Assembly: GCF_009914755.1 (NCBI RefSeq)
Contig: NC_060926.1
Length of the DNA: 64,000 nucleotides
DNA from: the human T2T-CHM13v2.0 reference genome, Homo sapiens
Reading direction: 5' to 3' (one strand)
The notes under the pieces were generated by a model. That model saw only the letters and a list, made by a program, of their open reading frames with translations. It had not been told where the DNA came from and searched no databases. Shown here in pieces: positions 38,301 to 52,360 of the stretch. The position numbers were made by a program, and so were the translations under genes. Positions within the stretch are counted from its first letter, which is position 1; the number at the start of each line of letters is the position of its first letter.

Positions 38301-41300
38301 CCAATAAAAGCTACATAGAAGCAATGTCAGAAACTTTTTCATGATGTATCTACTCAGCTAACAGAGTTGAACCTTTCTTTTGAGAGAGCAGTTTTGAAAC
38401 ACTCTTTTTGTGGAATCTGGAAGTGGATATTTGTCTAGCTTTGAGGATTTCGTTGGAAACGGGATTACATATAAAAAGCAGACAGCAGCATTCCCAGTAA
38501 CTTCTTTGTGACGTTTGCATTCAAGTCACAGAGTTGAACATTCCCTTTCATAGAGCAGGTTTGAAACACTCTTTTTGTAGTATCTGGATGTGGACATTTG
38601 GAGCGCTTTCAGGCCTATGGTGAAAAAGGAAATATCTTCCCCTGAAAACTAGACAGAAGAATTCTCAGAATCTTATTTGTGATGTGCGCCATCAACTAAC
38701 AGTGTTGAAGCTTTCTTTTGATAGAGCAGTTTTGAAACACTCTTTTTGTAAAATCTGCAAGAGGATATTTGGATAGCTTTGAGGATTTCGTTGGAAACGG
38801 GATTGTCTTCATATAAACTCTAGACAGAAGCATTCTCAGAAGCGTCATTGGGATGTTTCAATTGAAGTCACAGTGTTGAACAGTCCCTTTCATAGAGCAG
38901 GTTTGAAACACTCTTTTTGTAGTATCTGGATGTGGACATTTGGAGCGCTTTCAGGCCTATGGTTTAAAAGGAAATATCTTCCCCTGAAAACTAGACAGAA
39001 GCATTCTCAGAAACTTATTTGTGATGTGCGCCCTCAACTAACGGTGTTGAAGCATTCTTTTGATAGAGCAGTTTTGAAACACTCTTTTTGTGGAATCTGC
39101 AAGTGGATATTTGTCTAGCTTTGAGGATTTCGTTGGAAACGGGATTACATATAAAAAGCAGACAGCAGCATTCCCAGAAACTTCTTTGTGATGTTTGCAT
39201 TCAAGTCACAGAGTTGAACATTCCCTTTCATAGAGCAGGTTTGAAACACTCTTTTTGTAGTATCTGGATGTGTACATTTGCAGCACTTTCAGGCCTAAGG
39301 TGAAAAAGGAAATATCTTCCCCTGAAAACTAGACAGAAGCATTCTCAGAAACTTATTTGTGATGTGCGCCCTCAACTAACAGTGTTGAAGCTTTCTTTTG
39401 ATAGAGCAGTTTTGAAACACTCTTTTTGTAATATCTGCAAGAGGATATTTGGATAGCTTTGAGGATTTCGTTGGAAACGGGTTTGTCTTCATATAAACTC
39501 TAGACAGAAGCATTCTCAGAAGCTTCATTGGGATGTTTCAATTGAAGTCACAGTGTTGAACAGTTCCTTTCATAGAACAGGTTTGAAACACTCTTTTTGT
39601 AGTATCTGGAAGTGGACATTTGGAGCGCTCTCAGGACTATGGTGAAAAAGGAAATATCTTCCAATAAAAGCTACATAGAAGCAATGTCAGAAACTTTTTC
39701 ATGATGTATCTACTCAGCTAACAGAGTTGAACCTTTCCTTTGAGAGAGCAGTTTTGAAACACTCTTTTTGTGGAATCTGCAAGTGGATATTTGTCTAGCT
39801 TTGAGGATTTCGTTGGAAACGGGATTACATATAAAAAGCAGACAGCAGCATTCCCAGTAACTTCTTTGTGATGTTTGCATTCAAGTCACAGAGTTGAATA
39901 TTCCCTTTCATAGAGCAGGTTTGAAACACTCTTTTTATAGTATCTGGATGTGGACATTTGGAGCGCTTTCAGGCCTATGGTGAAAAAGGAAATATCTTCC
40001 CCTGAAAACTAGACAGAAGCATTCTCAGAAACTTATTTGTGATGTGCGCCCTCAACTAACAGTGTTGAACCTTTCTTTTGATAGAGCAGTTTTGAAACAC
40101 TCTTTTTGTAAAATCTGCAAGAGGATATTTGGATAGCTTTGAGGATTTCGTTGGAAACGGGATTGTCTTCATATAAACTCTAGACAGAAGCATTCTCAGA
40201 AGCTTCATTGGGATGTTTCACTTGAAGTCACAGTGTTGAACAGTCCCTTTCATAGAGCAGGTTTGAAACACTCTTTTTGTAGTATCTGGATGTGGACATT
40301 TGGAGCGCTTTCAGGCCTATGGTTTAAAAGGAAATATCTTCCCCTGAAAACTAGACAGAAGCATTCTCAGAAACTTATTTGTGATGTGCGCCCTCAACTA
40401 ACAGTGTTGAAGCATTCTTTTGATAGAGCAGTTTTGAAACACTCTTTTTGTGGAATCTGCAAGTGGATATTTGTCTAGCTTTGAGGATTTCGTTGGAAAC
40501 GGGATTAATTATAAAAAGCAGACAGCAGCATTCCCAGAATCCTGTTTGTGATGTTTGCATTCAAGTCACAGAGTTGAACATTCCCTTTCAGAGAGCAGGT
40601 TTGAAACACTCTTTTTATAGTATCTGGATGTGGACATTTGGAGCGCTTTCAGGCCTATGATGAAAAAGGAAATATCTTCTCCTGAAAACTAGACAGAAGC
40701 ATTCTCAGAATCTTATTTGTGATGTGCGCCCTCAACTAACAGTGTTGAAGCTTTCTTTTGATAGAGCAGTTTTGAAACACTCTTTTCGTAAAATCTGCAA
40801 GAGGATATTTGGATAGCTTTGAGGATTTCGTTGGAAACGGGATTGTCTTCATATAAACTCTAGACAGAAGCATTCTCAGAAGCTTCATTGGGATGTTTCA
40901 ATTGAAGTCACAGTGTTGAACAGTCCCTTTCATAGAGCAGGTTTGAAACACTCTTTTTGTAGTATCTGGAAGTGGACATTTGGAGAGATCTCAGGAATAC
41001 GGTGATAAAGGTAATATCTTCCAATAAAAGCTAGATAGAAGCAATGTCAGAAACTTTTTCATGATGTATCTACTCAGCTAACAGAGTTGAACCTTTCTTT
41101 TGAGAGAGCAGTTTTGAAACACTCTTTTTGTGGAATCTGCAAGTGGATATTTGTCTAGCTTTGAGGATTTCGTTGGAAACGGGATTACATATAAAAAGCA
41201 GACAGCAGCATTCCCAGTAACTTCTTTGTGATGTTTGCATTCAAGTCACAGAGTTGAACATTCCCTTTCATAGAGCAGGTTTGAAACACTTTTTTTGTAG

Positions 41301-44300
41301 TATCTGGATGTGGACATTTGGAGCGCTTTCAGGCCTATGGTGAAAAAGGAAATATCTTCCAATAAAAGCTAGATAGAAGCAATGTCAGAAACTTTTTCAT
41401 GATGTATCTACTCAGCTAACAGAGTTGAACCTTTCTTTTGAGAGAGCAGTTTTGAAACACTCTTTTTGTAAAATCTGCAAGAGGATATTTGGATAGCTTT
41501 GAGGATTTCGTTGGAAACGGGATTGTCTTCATATAAACTCTAGACAGAAGCATTCTCAGAAGCGTCATTGGGATGTTTCAATTGAAGTCACAGTGTTGAA
41601 CAGTCCCTTTCATAGAGCAGGTTTGAAACACTCTTTTTGTAGTATCTGGATGTGGACATTTGGAGCGCTTTCAGGCCTATGGTTTAAAAGGAAATATCTT
41701 CCCCTGAAAACTAGACAGAAGCATTCTCAGAAACTTATTTGTGATGTGCGCCTTCAACTAACAGTGTTGAAGCATTCTTTTGATAGAGCAGTTTTGAAAC
41801 ACTCTTTTTGTGGAATCTGCAAGTGGATATTTGTCTAGCTTTGAGGATTTCGTTGGAAACGGGATTACATATAAAAAGCAGACAGCAGCATTCCCAGAAA
41901 CTTCTTTGTGATGTTTGCATTCAAGTCACAGAGTTGAACATTCCCTTTCAGAGAGCAGGTTTGAAACACTCTTTTTGTAGTATCTGGATGTGGACATTTG
42001 GAGCGCTTTCAGCCCTATGGTGAAAAAGGAAATATCTTCCCCTGAAAACTAGACAGAAGCATTCTCAGAATCTTATTTGTGATGTGCGCCCTCAACTAAC
42101 AGTGTTGAAGCTTTCTTTTGATAGAGCAGTTTTGAAACACTCTTTTTGTAAAATCTGCAAGAGGATATTTGGATATCTTTGAGGATTTCGTTGGAAACGG
42201 GATTGTCTTCATATAAACTCTAGACAGAAGCATTCTCAGAAGCTTCATTGGGATGTTTCAATTGAAGTCACAGTGTTGAACAGTCCCTTTCATAGAGCAG
42301 TTTTGAAACACTCTTTTTGTAGTATCTGGAAGTGGACATTTGGAGCGCTCTCAGGACTGCGGTGAAAAAGGAACTATCTTCCAATAAAAGCTAGATAGAA
42401 GCAATGTCAGAAACTTTTTCATGATGTATCTACTCAGCTAACAGAGCTGAACCTTTCCTTTGAGAGAGCAGTTTTGAAACACTCTTTTTGTGGAATCTGC
42501 AAGTGGATATTTGTCTAGCTTTGAGGATTTCGTTGGAAACGGGATTACATATAAAAAGCAGACAGCAGCATTCCCAGTAACTTCTTTGTGATGTTTGCAT
42601 TCAAGTCACAGAGTTGAACATTCCCTTTCATAGAGCAGGTTTGAAACACTCTTTTTGTAGTATCTGGATGTGGACATTTGGAGCGCTTTCAGGCCTATGG
42701 TGAAAAAGGAAATATCTTCCCCTGAAAACTAGACAGAAGCATTCTCAGAAACTTATTTGTGATGTGCGCCCTCAACTAACAGTGTTGAACCTTTCTTTTG
42801 ATAGAGCAGTTTTGAAACACTCTTTTTGTAATATCTGCAAGAGGATATTTGGATAGCTTTGAGGATTTCGTTGGAAACGGGATTACATATAAAAAGCAGA
42901 CAGCAGCATTCCCAGAATCTTGTTTGTGATGTTTGCATTCAAGTCACAGAGTTGAACATTCCCTTTCAGAGAGCAGGTTTGAAACACTCTTTTTATAGTG
43001 TCTGGATGTGGACATTTGGAGCGCTTTCAGGCCTATGGTGAAAAAGGAAATATCTTCTCCTGTAAACTAGACAGAAGCATTCTCAGAAACTTATTTGTGA
43101 TGTGCGCCCTCAACTAACAGTGTTGAAGCTTTCTTTTGATAGAGCAGTTTTGAAACACTCTTTTTGTAAAATCTGCAAGAGGATATTTGGATAGCTTTGA
43201 GGATTTCGTTGGAAACGGGATTGTCTTCATATAAACTCTAGACAGAAGCATTCTCAGAAGCTTCATTGGGATGTTTCAATTGAAGTCACAGTGTTGAACA
43301 GTCCCTTTCATAGAGCAGGTTTGAAACACTCTTTTTGTAGTATCTGGAAGTGGACATTTGGAACGCTCTCAGGACTGCGGTGAAAAAGGAAATATCTTCC
43401 AATAAAAGCTAGATAGAAGCAATGTCAGAAACTTTTTCATGATGTATCTACTCAGCTAACAGAGTTGAACCTTTCTTTTGAGAGAGCAGTTTTGAAACAC
43501 TCTTTTTGTGGAATCTGCAAGTGGATATTTGTCTAGCTTTGAGGATTTCGTTGGAAACGGGATTACATATAAAAAGCAGACAGCAGCATTCCCAGTAACT
43601 TCTTTGTGATGTTTGCATTCAAGTCACAGAGTTGAACATTCCCTTTCATAGAGCAGGTTTGAAACACTTTTTTTGTAGTATCTGGATGTGGATATTTGGA
43701 GCGCTTTCAGGCCTATGGTGAAAAAGGAAATATCTTCCAATAAAAGCTACATAGAAGCAATGTCAGAAACTTTTTCATGATGTATCTACTCAGCTAACAG
43801 AGTTGATCCTTTCTTTTGAGAGAGCAGTTTTGAAACACTCTTTTTGTGTAATCTGAAAGTGGATATTTGTCTAGCTTTGAGGATTTCGTTGGAAACGGGA
43901 TTACATATAAAAAGCAGACAGCAGCATTCCCAGTAACTTCTTTGTGATGTTTGCATTCAAGTCACAGAGTTGAACATTCCCTTTCATAGAGCAGGTTTGA
44001 AACACTCTTTTTGTAGTATCTGGATGTGGACATTTGGAGCGCTTTCAGGCCTATTGTGAAAAAGGAAATATCTTCCCCTGAAAACTAGACAGAAGAATTC
44101 TCAGAATCTTATTTGTGATGTGCGCCCTCAACTAACAGTGTTGAAGCTTTCTTTTGATAGAGCAGTTTTGAAACACTCTTTTTGTAAAATCTGCAAGAGG
44201 ATATTTGGATAGCTTTGAGGATTTCGTTGGAAACGGGATTGTCTTCATATAAACTCTACACAGAAGCATTCTCAGAAGCGTCATTGGGATGTTTCAATTG

Positions 44301-47300
44301 AAGTCACAGTGTTGAACAGTCCCTTTCATAGAGCAGGTTTGAAACACTCTTTTTGTAGTATCTGGATGTGGACATTTGGAGCGCTTTCAGGCCTATGGTT
44401 TAAAAGGAAATATCTTCCCCTGAAAACTAGACAGAAGCATTCTCAGAAACTTATTTGTGATGTGCGCCTTCAACTAACAGTGTTGAAGCATTCTTTTGAT
44501 AGAGCAGTTTTGAAACACTCTTTTTGTGGAATCTGCAAGTGGATATTTGTCTAGCTTTGAGGATTTCGTTGGAAACGGGATTACATATAAAAAGCAGACA
44601 GCAGCATTCCCAGAAACTTCTTTGTGATGTTTGCATTCAAGTCACAGAGTTGAACATTCCCTTTCAGAGAGCAGGTTTGAAACACTCTTTTTGTAGTATC
44701 TGGATGTGGACATTTGGAGCGCTTTCAGCCCTATGGTGAAAAAGGAAATATCTTCCCCTGAAAACTAGACAGAAGCATTCTCAGAATCTTATTTGTGATG
44801 TGCGCCCTCAACTAACAGTGTTGAAGCTTTCTTTTGATAGAGCAGTTTTGAAACACTCTTTTTGTAAAATCTGCAAGAGGATATTTGGATAGCTTTGAGG
44901 ATTTCGTTGGAAACGGGATTGTCTTCATATAAACTCTAGACAGAAGCATTCTCAGAAGCTTCATTGGGATGTTTCAATTGAAGTCACAGTGTTGAACAGT
45001 CCGTTTCATAGAGCAGGTTTGAAACACTCTTTTTGTAGTATCTGGAAGTGGACATTTGGAGCGCTCTCAGGACTACGGTGAAAAAGGAACTATCTTCCAA
45101 TAAAAGCTAGATAGAAGCAATGTCAGAAACTTTTTCATGATGTATCTACTCAGCTAACAGAGTTGAACCTTCCTTTGAGAGAGCAGTTTTGAAACACTCT
45201 TTTTGTGGAATCTGCAAGTGGATATTTGTCTAGCTTTGAGGATTTCGTTGGAAACGGGATTACATATAAAAAGCAGACAGCAGCATTCCCAGAAACTTCT
45301 TTGTGATGTTTGCATTCAAGTCACAGAGTTGAACATTCCCTTTCATAGAGCAGGTTTGAAACACTCTTTTTGTAGTATCTGGATGTGGACATTTGCAGCG
45401 CTTTCAGGCCTAAGGTGAAAAAGGAAATATCTTCCCCTGAAAACTAGACAGAAGCATTCTCAGAAACTTATTTGTGATGTGCGCCCTCAACTAACAGTGT
45501 TGAAGCTTTCTTTTGATAGAGCAGTTTTGAAACACTCTTTTTGTAATATCTGCAAGAGGATATTTGGATAGCTTTGAGGATTTCGTTGGAAACGGGATTG
45601 TCTTCATATAAACTCTAGACAGAAGCATTCTCAGAAGCTTCATTGGGATGTTTCAATTGAAGTCACAGTGTTGAACAGTCCCTTTCATAGAGCAGGTTTG
45701 AAACACTCTTTTTGTAGTATCTGGAAGTGGACATTTGGAGCGCTCTCAGGACTACGATGATAAAGGAAATATCTTCCAATAAAAGCTAGATAGAAGCAAT
45801 GTCAGAAACTTTTTCATGATGTATCTACTCAGCTAACAGTGTTGAAGCATTCTTTTGATAGAGCAGTTTTGAAACACTCTTTTTGTGGAATCTGCAAGTG
45901 GATATTTGTCTAGCTTTGAGGATTTCGTTGGAAACGGGATTAATTATAAAAAGCAGACAGCAGCATTCCCAGAATCTTGTTTGTGATGTTTCCATTCAAG
46001 TCACAGAGTTGAACATTCCCTTTCAGAGAGCAGGTTTGAAACACTCTTTTTATAGTATCTGGATGTGGACATTTGGAGCGCTTTCAGGCCTATGATGAAA
46101 AAGGAAATATCTTCTCCTGAAAACTAGACAGAAGCATTCTCAGAATCTTATTTGTGATGTGCGCCCTCAACTAACAGTGTTGAAGCTTTCTTTTGATAGA
46201 GCAGTTTTGAAACACTCTTTTCGTAAAATCTGCAAGAGGATATTTGGATAGCTTTGAGGATTTCGTTGGAAACGGGATTGTCTTCATATAAACTCTAGAC
46301 AGAAGCATTCTCAGAAGCTTCATTGGGATGTTTCAATTGAAGTCACAGTGTTGAACAGTCCCTTTCATAGAGCAGGTTTGAAACACTCTTTTTGTAGTAT
46401 CTGGAAGTGGACATTTGGAGAGATCTCAGGAATACGGTGATAAAGGTAATATCTTCCAATAAAAGCTAGATAGAAGCAATGTCAGAAACTTTTTCATGAT
46501 GTATCTACTCAGCTAACAGAGTTGAACCTTTCTTTTGAGAGAGCAGTTTTGAAACACTCTTTTTGTGGAATCTGCAAGTGGATATTTGTCTAGCTTTGAG
46601 GATTTCGTTGGAAACGGGATTACATATAAAAAGCAGACAGCAGCATTCCCAGTAACTTCTTTGTGATGTTTGCATTCAAGTCACAGAGTTGAACATTCCC
46701 TTTCATAGAGCAGGTTTGAAACACTTTTTTTGTAGTATCTGGATGTGGACATTTGGAGCGCTTTCAGGCCTATGGTGAAAAAGGAAATATCTTCCAATAA
46801 AAGCTACATAGAAGCAATGTCAGAAACTTTTTCATGATGTATCTACTCAGCTAACAGAGTTGAACCTTTCTTTTGAGAGAGCAGTTTTGAAACACTCTTT
46901 TTGTAAAATCTGCAAGAGGATATTTGGATAGCTTTGAGGATTTCGTTGGAAACGGGATTGTCTTCATATAAACTCTAGACAGAAGCATTCTCAGAAGCGT
47001 CATTGGGATGTTTCAATTGAAGTCACAGTGTTGAACAGTCCCTTTCATAGAGCAGGTTTGAAACACTCTTTTTGTAGTATCTGGATGTGGACATTTGGAG
47101 CGCTTTCAGGCCTATGGTTTAAAAGGAAATATCTTCCCCTGAAAACTAGACAGAAGCATTCTCAGAAACTTATTTGTGATGTGCGCCTTCAACTAACAGT
47201 GTTGAAGCATTCTTTTGATAGAGCAGTTTTGAAACACTCTTTTTGTGGAATCTGCAAGTGGATATTTGTCTAGCTTTGAGGATTTCGTTGGAAACGGGAT

Positions 47301-47599
47301 TACATATAAAAAGCAGACAGCAGCATTCCCAGAAACTTCTTTGTGATGTTTGCATTCAAGTCACAGAGTTGAACATTCCCTTTCAGAGAGCAGGTTTGAA
47401 ACACTCTTTTTGTAGTATCTGGATGTGGACATTTGGAGCGCTTTCAGCCCTATGGTGAAAAAGGAAATATCTTCCCCTGAAAACTAGACAGAAGCATTCT
47501 CAGAATCTTATTTGTGATGTGCGCCCTCAACTAACAGTGTTGAAGCTTTCTTTTGATAGAGCAGTTTTGAAACACTCTTTTTGTAAAATCTGCAAGAGG

Positions 47600-50500
47600 A
47601 TATTTGGATAGCTTTGAGGATTTCGTTGGAAACGGGATTGTCTTCATATAAACTCTAGACAGAAGCATTCTCAGAAGCTTCATTGGGATGTTTCAATTGA
47701 AGTCACAGTGTTGAACAGTCCCTTTCATAGAGCAGGTTTGAAACACTCTTTTTGTAGTATCTGGAAGTGGACATTTAGAGCGCTCTCAGGACTGCGGTGA
47801 AAAAGGAACTATCTTCCAATAAAAGCTAGATAGAAGCAATGTCAGAAACTTTTTCATGATGTATCTACTCAGCTAACAGAGTTGAACCTTCCTTTGAGAG
47901 AGCAGTTTTGAAACACTCTTTTTGTGGAATCTGCAAGTGGATATTTGTCTAGCTTTGAGGATTTCGTTGGAAACGGGATTACATATAAAAAGCAGACAGC
48001 AGCATTCCCAGAAACTTCTTTGTGATGTTTGCATTCAAGTCACAGAGTTGAACATTCCCTTTCATAGAGCAGGTTTGAAACACTCTTTTTGTAGTATCTG
48101 GATGTGGACATTTGCAGCGCTTTCAGGCCTAAGGTGAAAAAGGATATATCTTCCCCTGAAAACTAGACAGAAGCATTCTCAGAAACTTATTTGTGATGTG
48201 CGCCCTCAACTAACAGTGTTGAAGCTTTCTTTTGATAGAGCAGTTTTGAAACACTCTTTTTGTAATATCTGCAAGAGGATATTTGGATAGCTTTGAGGAT
48301 TTCGTTGGAAACGGGATTGTCTTCATATAAACTCTAGGCAGAAGCATTCTCAGAAGCTTCATTGGGATGTTTCAATTGAAGTCACAGTGTTGAACAGTTC
48401 CTTTCATAGAACAGGTTTGAAACACTCTTTTTGTAGTATCTGGAAGTGGACATTTGGAGCGCTCTCAGGACTACGGTGAAAATGGAAATATCTTCCAATA
48501 AAAGCTACATAGAAGCAATGTCAGAAACTTTTTCATGATGTATCTACTCAGCTAACAGAGTTGAACCTTTCCTTTGAGAGAGCAGTTTTGAAACACTCTT
48601 TTTGTGGAATCTGCAAGTGGATATTTGTCTAGCTTTGAGGATTTCGTTGGAAACGGGATTACATATAAAAAGCAGACAGCAGCATTCCCAGAATCTTCTT
48701 TGTGATGTTTGCATTCAAGTCACAGAGTTGAACATTCCCTTTCATAGAGCAGGTTTCAAACACTCTTTTTGTAGTATCTGGATGTGGACATTTGGAGCGC
48801 TTTCAGGCCTATGGTGAAAAAGGAAATATCTTCCCCTGAAAACTAGACAGAAGCATTCTCAGAATCTTATTTGTGATGTGCGCCCTCAACTAACAGTGTT
48901 GAAGCTTTCTTTTGATAGAGCAGTTTTGAAACACTCTTTTTGTAAAATCTGCAAGAGGATATTTGGATAGCTTTGAGGATTTCGTTGGAAACGGGATTGT
49001 CTTCATATAAACTCTAGACAGAAGCATTCTCAGAAGCTTCATTGGGATGTTTCAATTGAAGTCACAGTGTTGAACAGTCCCTTTCATAGAGCAGGTTTGA
49101 AACACTCTTTTTGTAGTATCTGGAAGTGGACATTTGGAACGCTCTCAGGACTGCGGTGAAAAAGGAAATATCTTCCAATAAAAGCTAGATAGAAGCAATG
49201 TCAGAAACTTTTTCATGATGTATCTACTCAGCTAACAGAGTTGAACCTTTCTTTTGAGAGAGCAGTTTTGAAACACTCGTTTTGTGGAATCTGCAAGTGG
49301 ATATTTGTCTACCTTTGAGGATTTCGTTGGAAACGGGATTACATATAAAAAGCAGACAGCAGCATTCCCAGAAACTTCTTTGTGATGTTTGCATTCAAGT
49401 CACAGAGTTGAACATTCCCTTTCATAGAGCAGGTTTGAAACACTCTTTTTGTAGTATCTGGATGTGGACATTTGCAGCGCTTTCAGGCCTAAGGTGAAAA
49501 AGGAAATATCTTCCCCTGAAAACTAGACAGAAGCATTCTCAGAAACTTATTTGTGATGTGCGCCCTCAACTAACAGTGTTGAAGCTTTCTTTTGATAGAG
49601 CAGTTTTGAAACACTCTTTTTGTAAAATCTGCAAGAGGATATTTGGATAGCTTTGAGGATTTCGTTGGAAACGGGATTGTCTTCATATAAACTCTAGACA
49701 GAAGCATTCTCAGAAGCTTCATTGGGATGTTTCAATTGAAGTCACAGTGTTGAACAGTCCCTTTCATAGAGCAGGTTTGAAACACTCTTTTTGTAGTATC
49801 TGGAAGTGGACATTTGGAACGCTCTCAGAACTGCGGTGAAAAAGGAAATATCTTCCAATAAAAGCTACATAGAAGCAATGTCAGAAACTTTTTCATGATG
49901 TATCTACTCAGCTAACAGAGTTGAACCTTTCTTTTGAGAGAGCAGTTTTGAAACACTCTTTTTGTAAAATCTGCAAGAGGATATTTGGATAGCTTTGAGG
50001 ATTTCGTTGGAAACGGGATTGTCTTCATATAAACTCTAGACAGAAGCATTCTCAGAAGCTTCATTGGGATGTTTCAATTGAAGTCACAGTGTTGAACAGT
50101 CCCTTTCATAGAGCAGGTTTGAAACACTCTTTTTGTAGTATCTGGAAGTGGACATTTGGAGCGCTCTCAGGACTGCGGTGAAAAAGGAACTATCTTCCAA
50201 TAAAAGCTAGATAGAAGCAATGTCAGAAACTTTTTCATGATGTATCTACTCAGCTAACAGAGTTGAACCTTCCTTTGAGAGAGCAGTTTTGAAACACTCT
50301 TTTTGTGGAATCTGCAAGTGGATATTTGTCTAGCTTTGAGGATTTCGTTGGAAACGGGATTACATATAAAAAGCAGACAGCAGCATTCCCAGAAACTTCT
50401 TTGTGATGTTTGCATTCAAGTCACAGAGTTGAACATTCCCTTTCATAGAGCAGGTTTGAAACACTCTTTTTGTAGTATCTGGATGTGGACATTTGCAGCG

Positions 50501-52360
50501 CTTTCAGGCCTAAGGTGAAAAAGGAAATATCTTCCCCTGAAAACTAGACAGAAGCATTCTCAGAAACTTATTTGTGATGTGCGCCCTCAACTAACAGTGT
50601 TGAAGCTTTCCTTTGATAGAGCAGTTTTGAAACACTCTTTTTGTAATATCTGCAAGAGGATATTTGGATAGCTTTGAGGATTTCGTTGGAAACGGGATTG
50701 TCTTCATATAAACTCTAGGCAGAAGCATTCTCAGAAGCTTCATTGGGATGTTTCAATTGAAGTCACAGTGTTGAACAGTTCCTTTCATAGAACAGGTTTG
50801 AAACACTCTTTTTGTAGTATCTGGAAGTGGACATTTGGAGCGCTCTCAGGACTACGGTGAAAATGGAAATATCTTCCAATAAAAGCTACATAGAAGCAAT
50901 GTCAGAAACTTTTTCATGATGTATCTACTCAGCTAACAGAGTTGAACCTTTCCTTTGAGAGAGCAGTTTTGAAACACTCTTTTTGTGGAATCTGCAAGTG
51001 GATATTTGTCTAGCTTTGAGGATTTCGTTGGAAACGGGATTACATATAAAAAGCAGACAGCAGCATTCCCAGAATCTTCTTTGTGATGTTTGCATTCAAG
51101 TCACAGAGTTGAACATTCCCTTTCATAGAGCAGGTTTGAAACACTCTTTTTGTAGTATCTGGATGTGGACATTTGGAGCGCTTTCAGCCCTATGGTGAAA
51201 AAGGAAATATCTTCCCCTGAAAACTAGACAGAAGCATTCTCAGAATCTTATTTGTGATGTGCGCCCTCAACTAACAGTGTTGAAGCTTTCTTTTGATAGA
51301 GCAGTTTTGAAACACTCTTTTTGTAAAATCTGCAAGAGGATATTTGGATAGCTTTGAGGATTTCGTTGGAAACGGGATTGTCTTCATATAAACTCTAGAC
51401 AGAAGCATTCTCAGAAGCTTCATTGGGATGTTTCAATTGAAGTCACAGTGTTGAACAGTCCCTTTCATAGAGCAGGTTTGAAACACTCTTTTTGTAGTAT
51501 CTGGAAGTGGACATTTGGAACGCTCTCAGGACTGCGGTGAAAAAGGAAATATCTTCCAATAAAAGCTAGATAGAAGCAATGTCAGAAACTTTTTCATGAT
51601 GTATCTACTCAGCTAACAGAGTTGAACCTTTCTTTTGAGAGAGCAGTTTTGAAACACTCGTTTTGTGGAATCTGCAAGTGGATATTTGTCTACCTTTGAG
51701 GATTTCGTTGGAAACGGGATTACATATAAAAAGCAGACAGCAGCATTCCCAGAAACTTCTTTGTGATGTTTGCATTCAAGTCACAGAGTTGAACATTCCC
51801 TTTCATAGAGCAGGTTTGAAACACTCTTTTTGTAGTATCTGGATGTGGACATTTGCAGCGCTTTCAGGCCTAAGGTGAAAAAGGAAATATCTTCCCCTGA
51901 AAACTAGACAGAAGCATTCTCAGAAACTTATTTGTGATGTGCGCCCTCAACTAACAGTGTTGAAGCTTTCTTTTGATAGAGCAGTTTTGAAACACTCTTT
52001 TTGTAAAATCTGCAAGAGGATATTTGGATAGCTTTGAGGATTTCGTTGGAAACGGGATTGTCTTCATATAAATTCTAGACAGAAGCATTCTCAGAAGCTT
52101 CATTGGGATGTTTCAATTGAAGTCACAGTGTTGAACAGTCCCTTTCATAGAGCAGGTTTGAAACACTCTTTTTGTAGTATCTGGAAGTGGACATTTGGAA
52201 CGCTCTCAGGACTGCGGTGAAAAAGGAAATATCTTCCAATAAAAGCTACATAGAAGCAATGTCAGAAACTTTTTCATGATGTATCTACTCAGCTAACAGA
52301 GTTGAACCTTTCTTTTGAGAGAGCAGTTTTGAAACACTCTTTTTGTAAAATCTGCAAGAG
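47600..52360 (+). repeat. Tandem duplication with a 2381-bp unit (14 monomers, two copies)
   Basis: Offsets 47922/50303, 48602/50983, 49282/51663. Private variant GTCTACCTTTG near 49312 and 51693. Confidence 0.85.
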
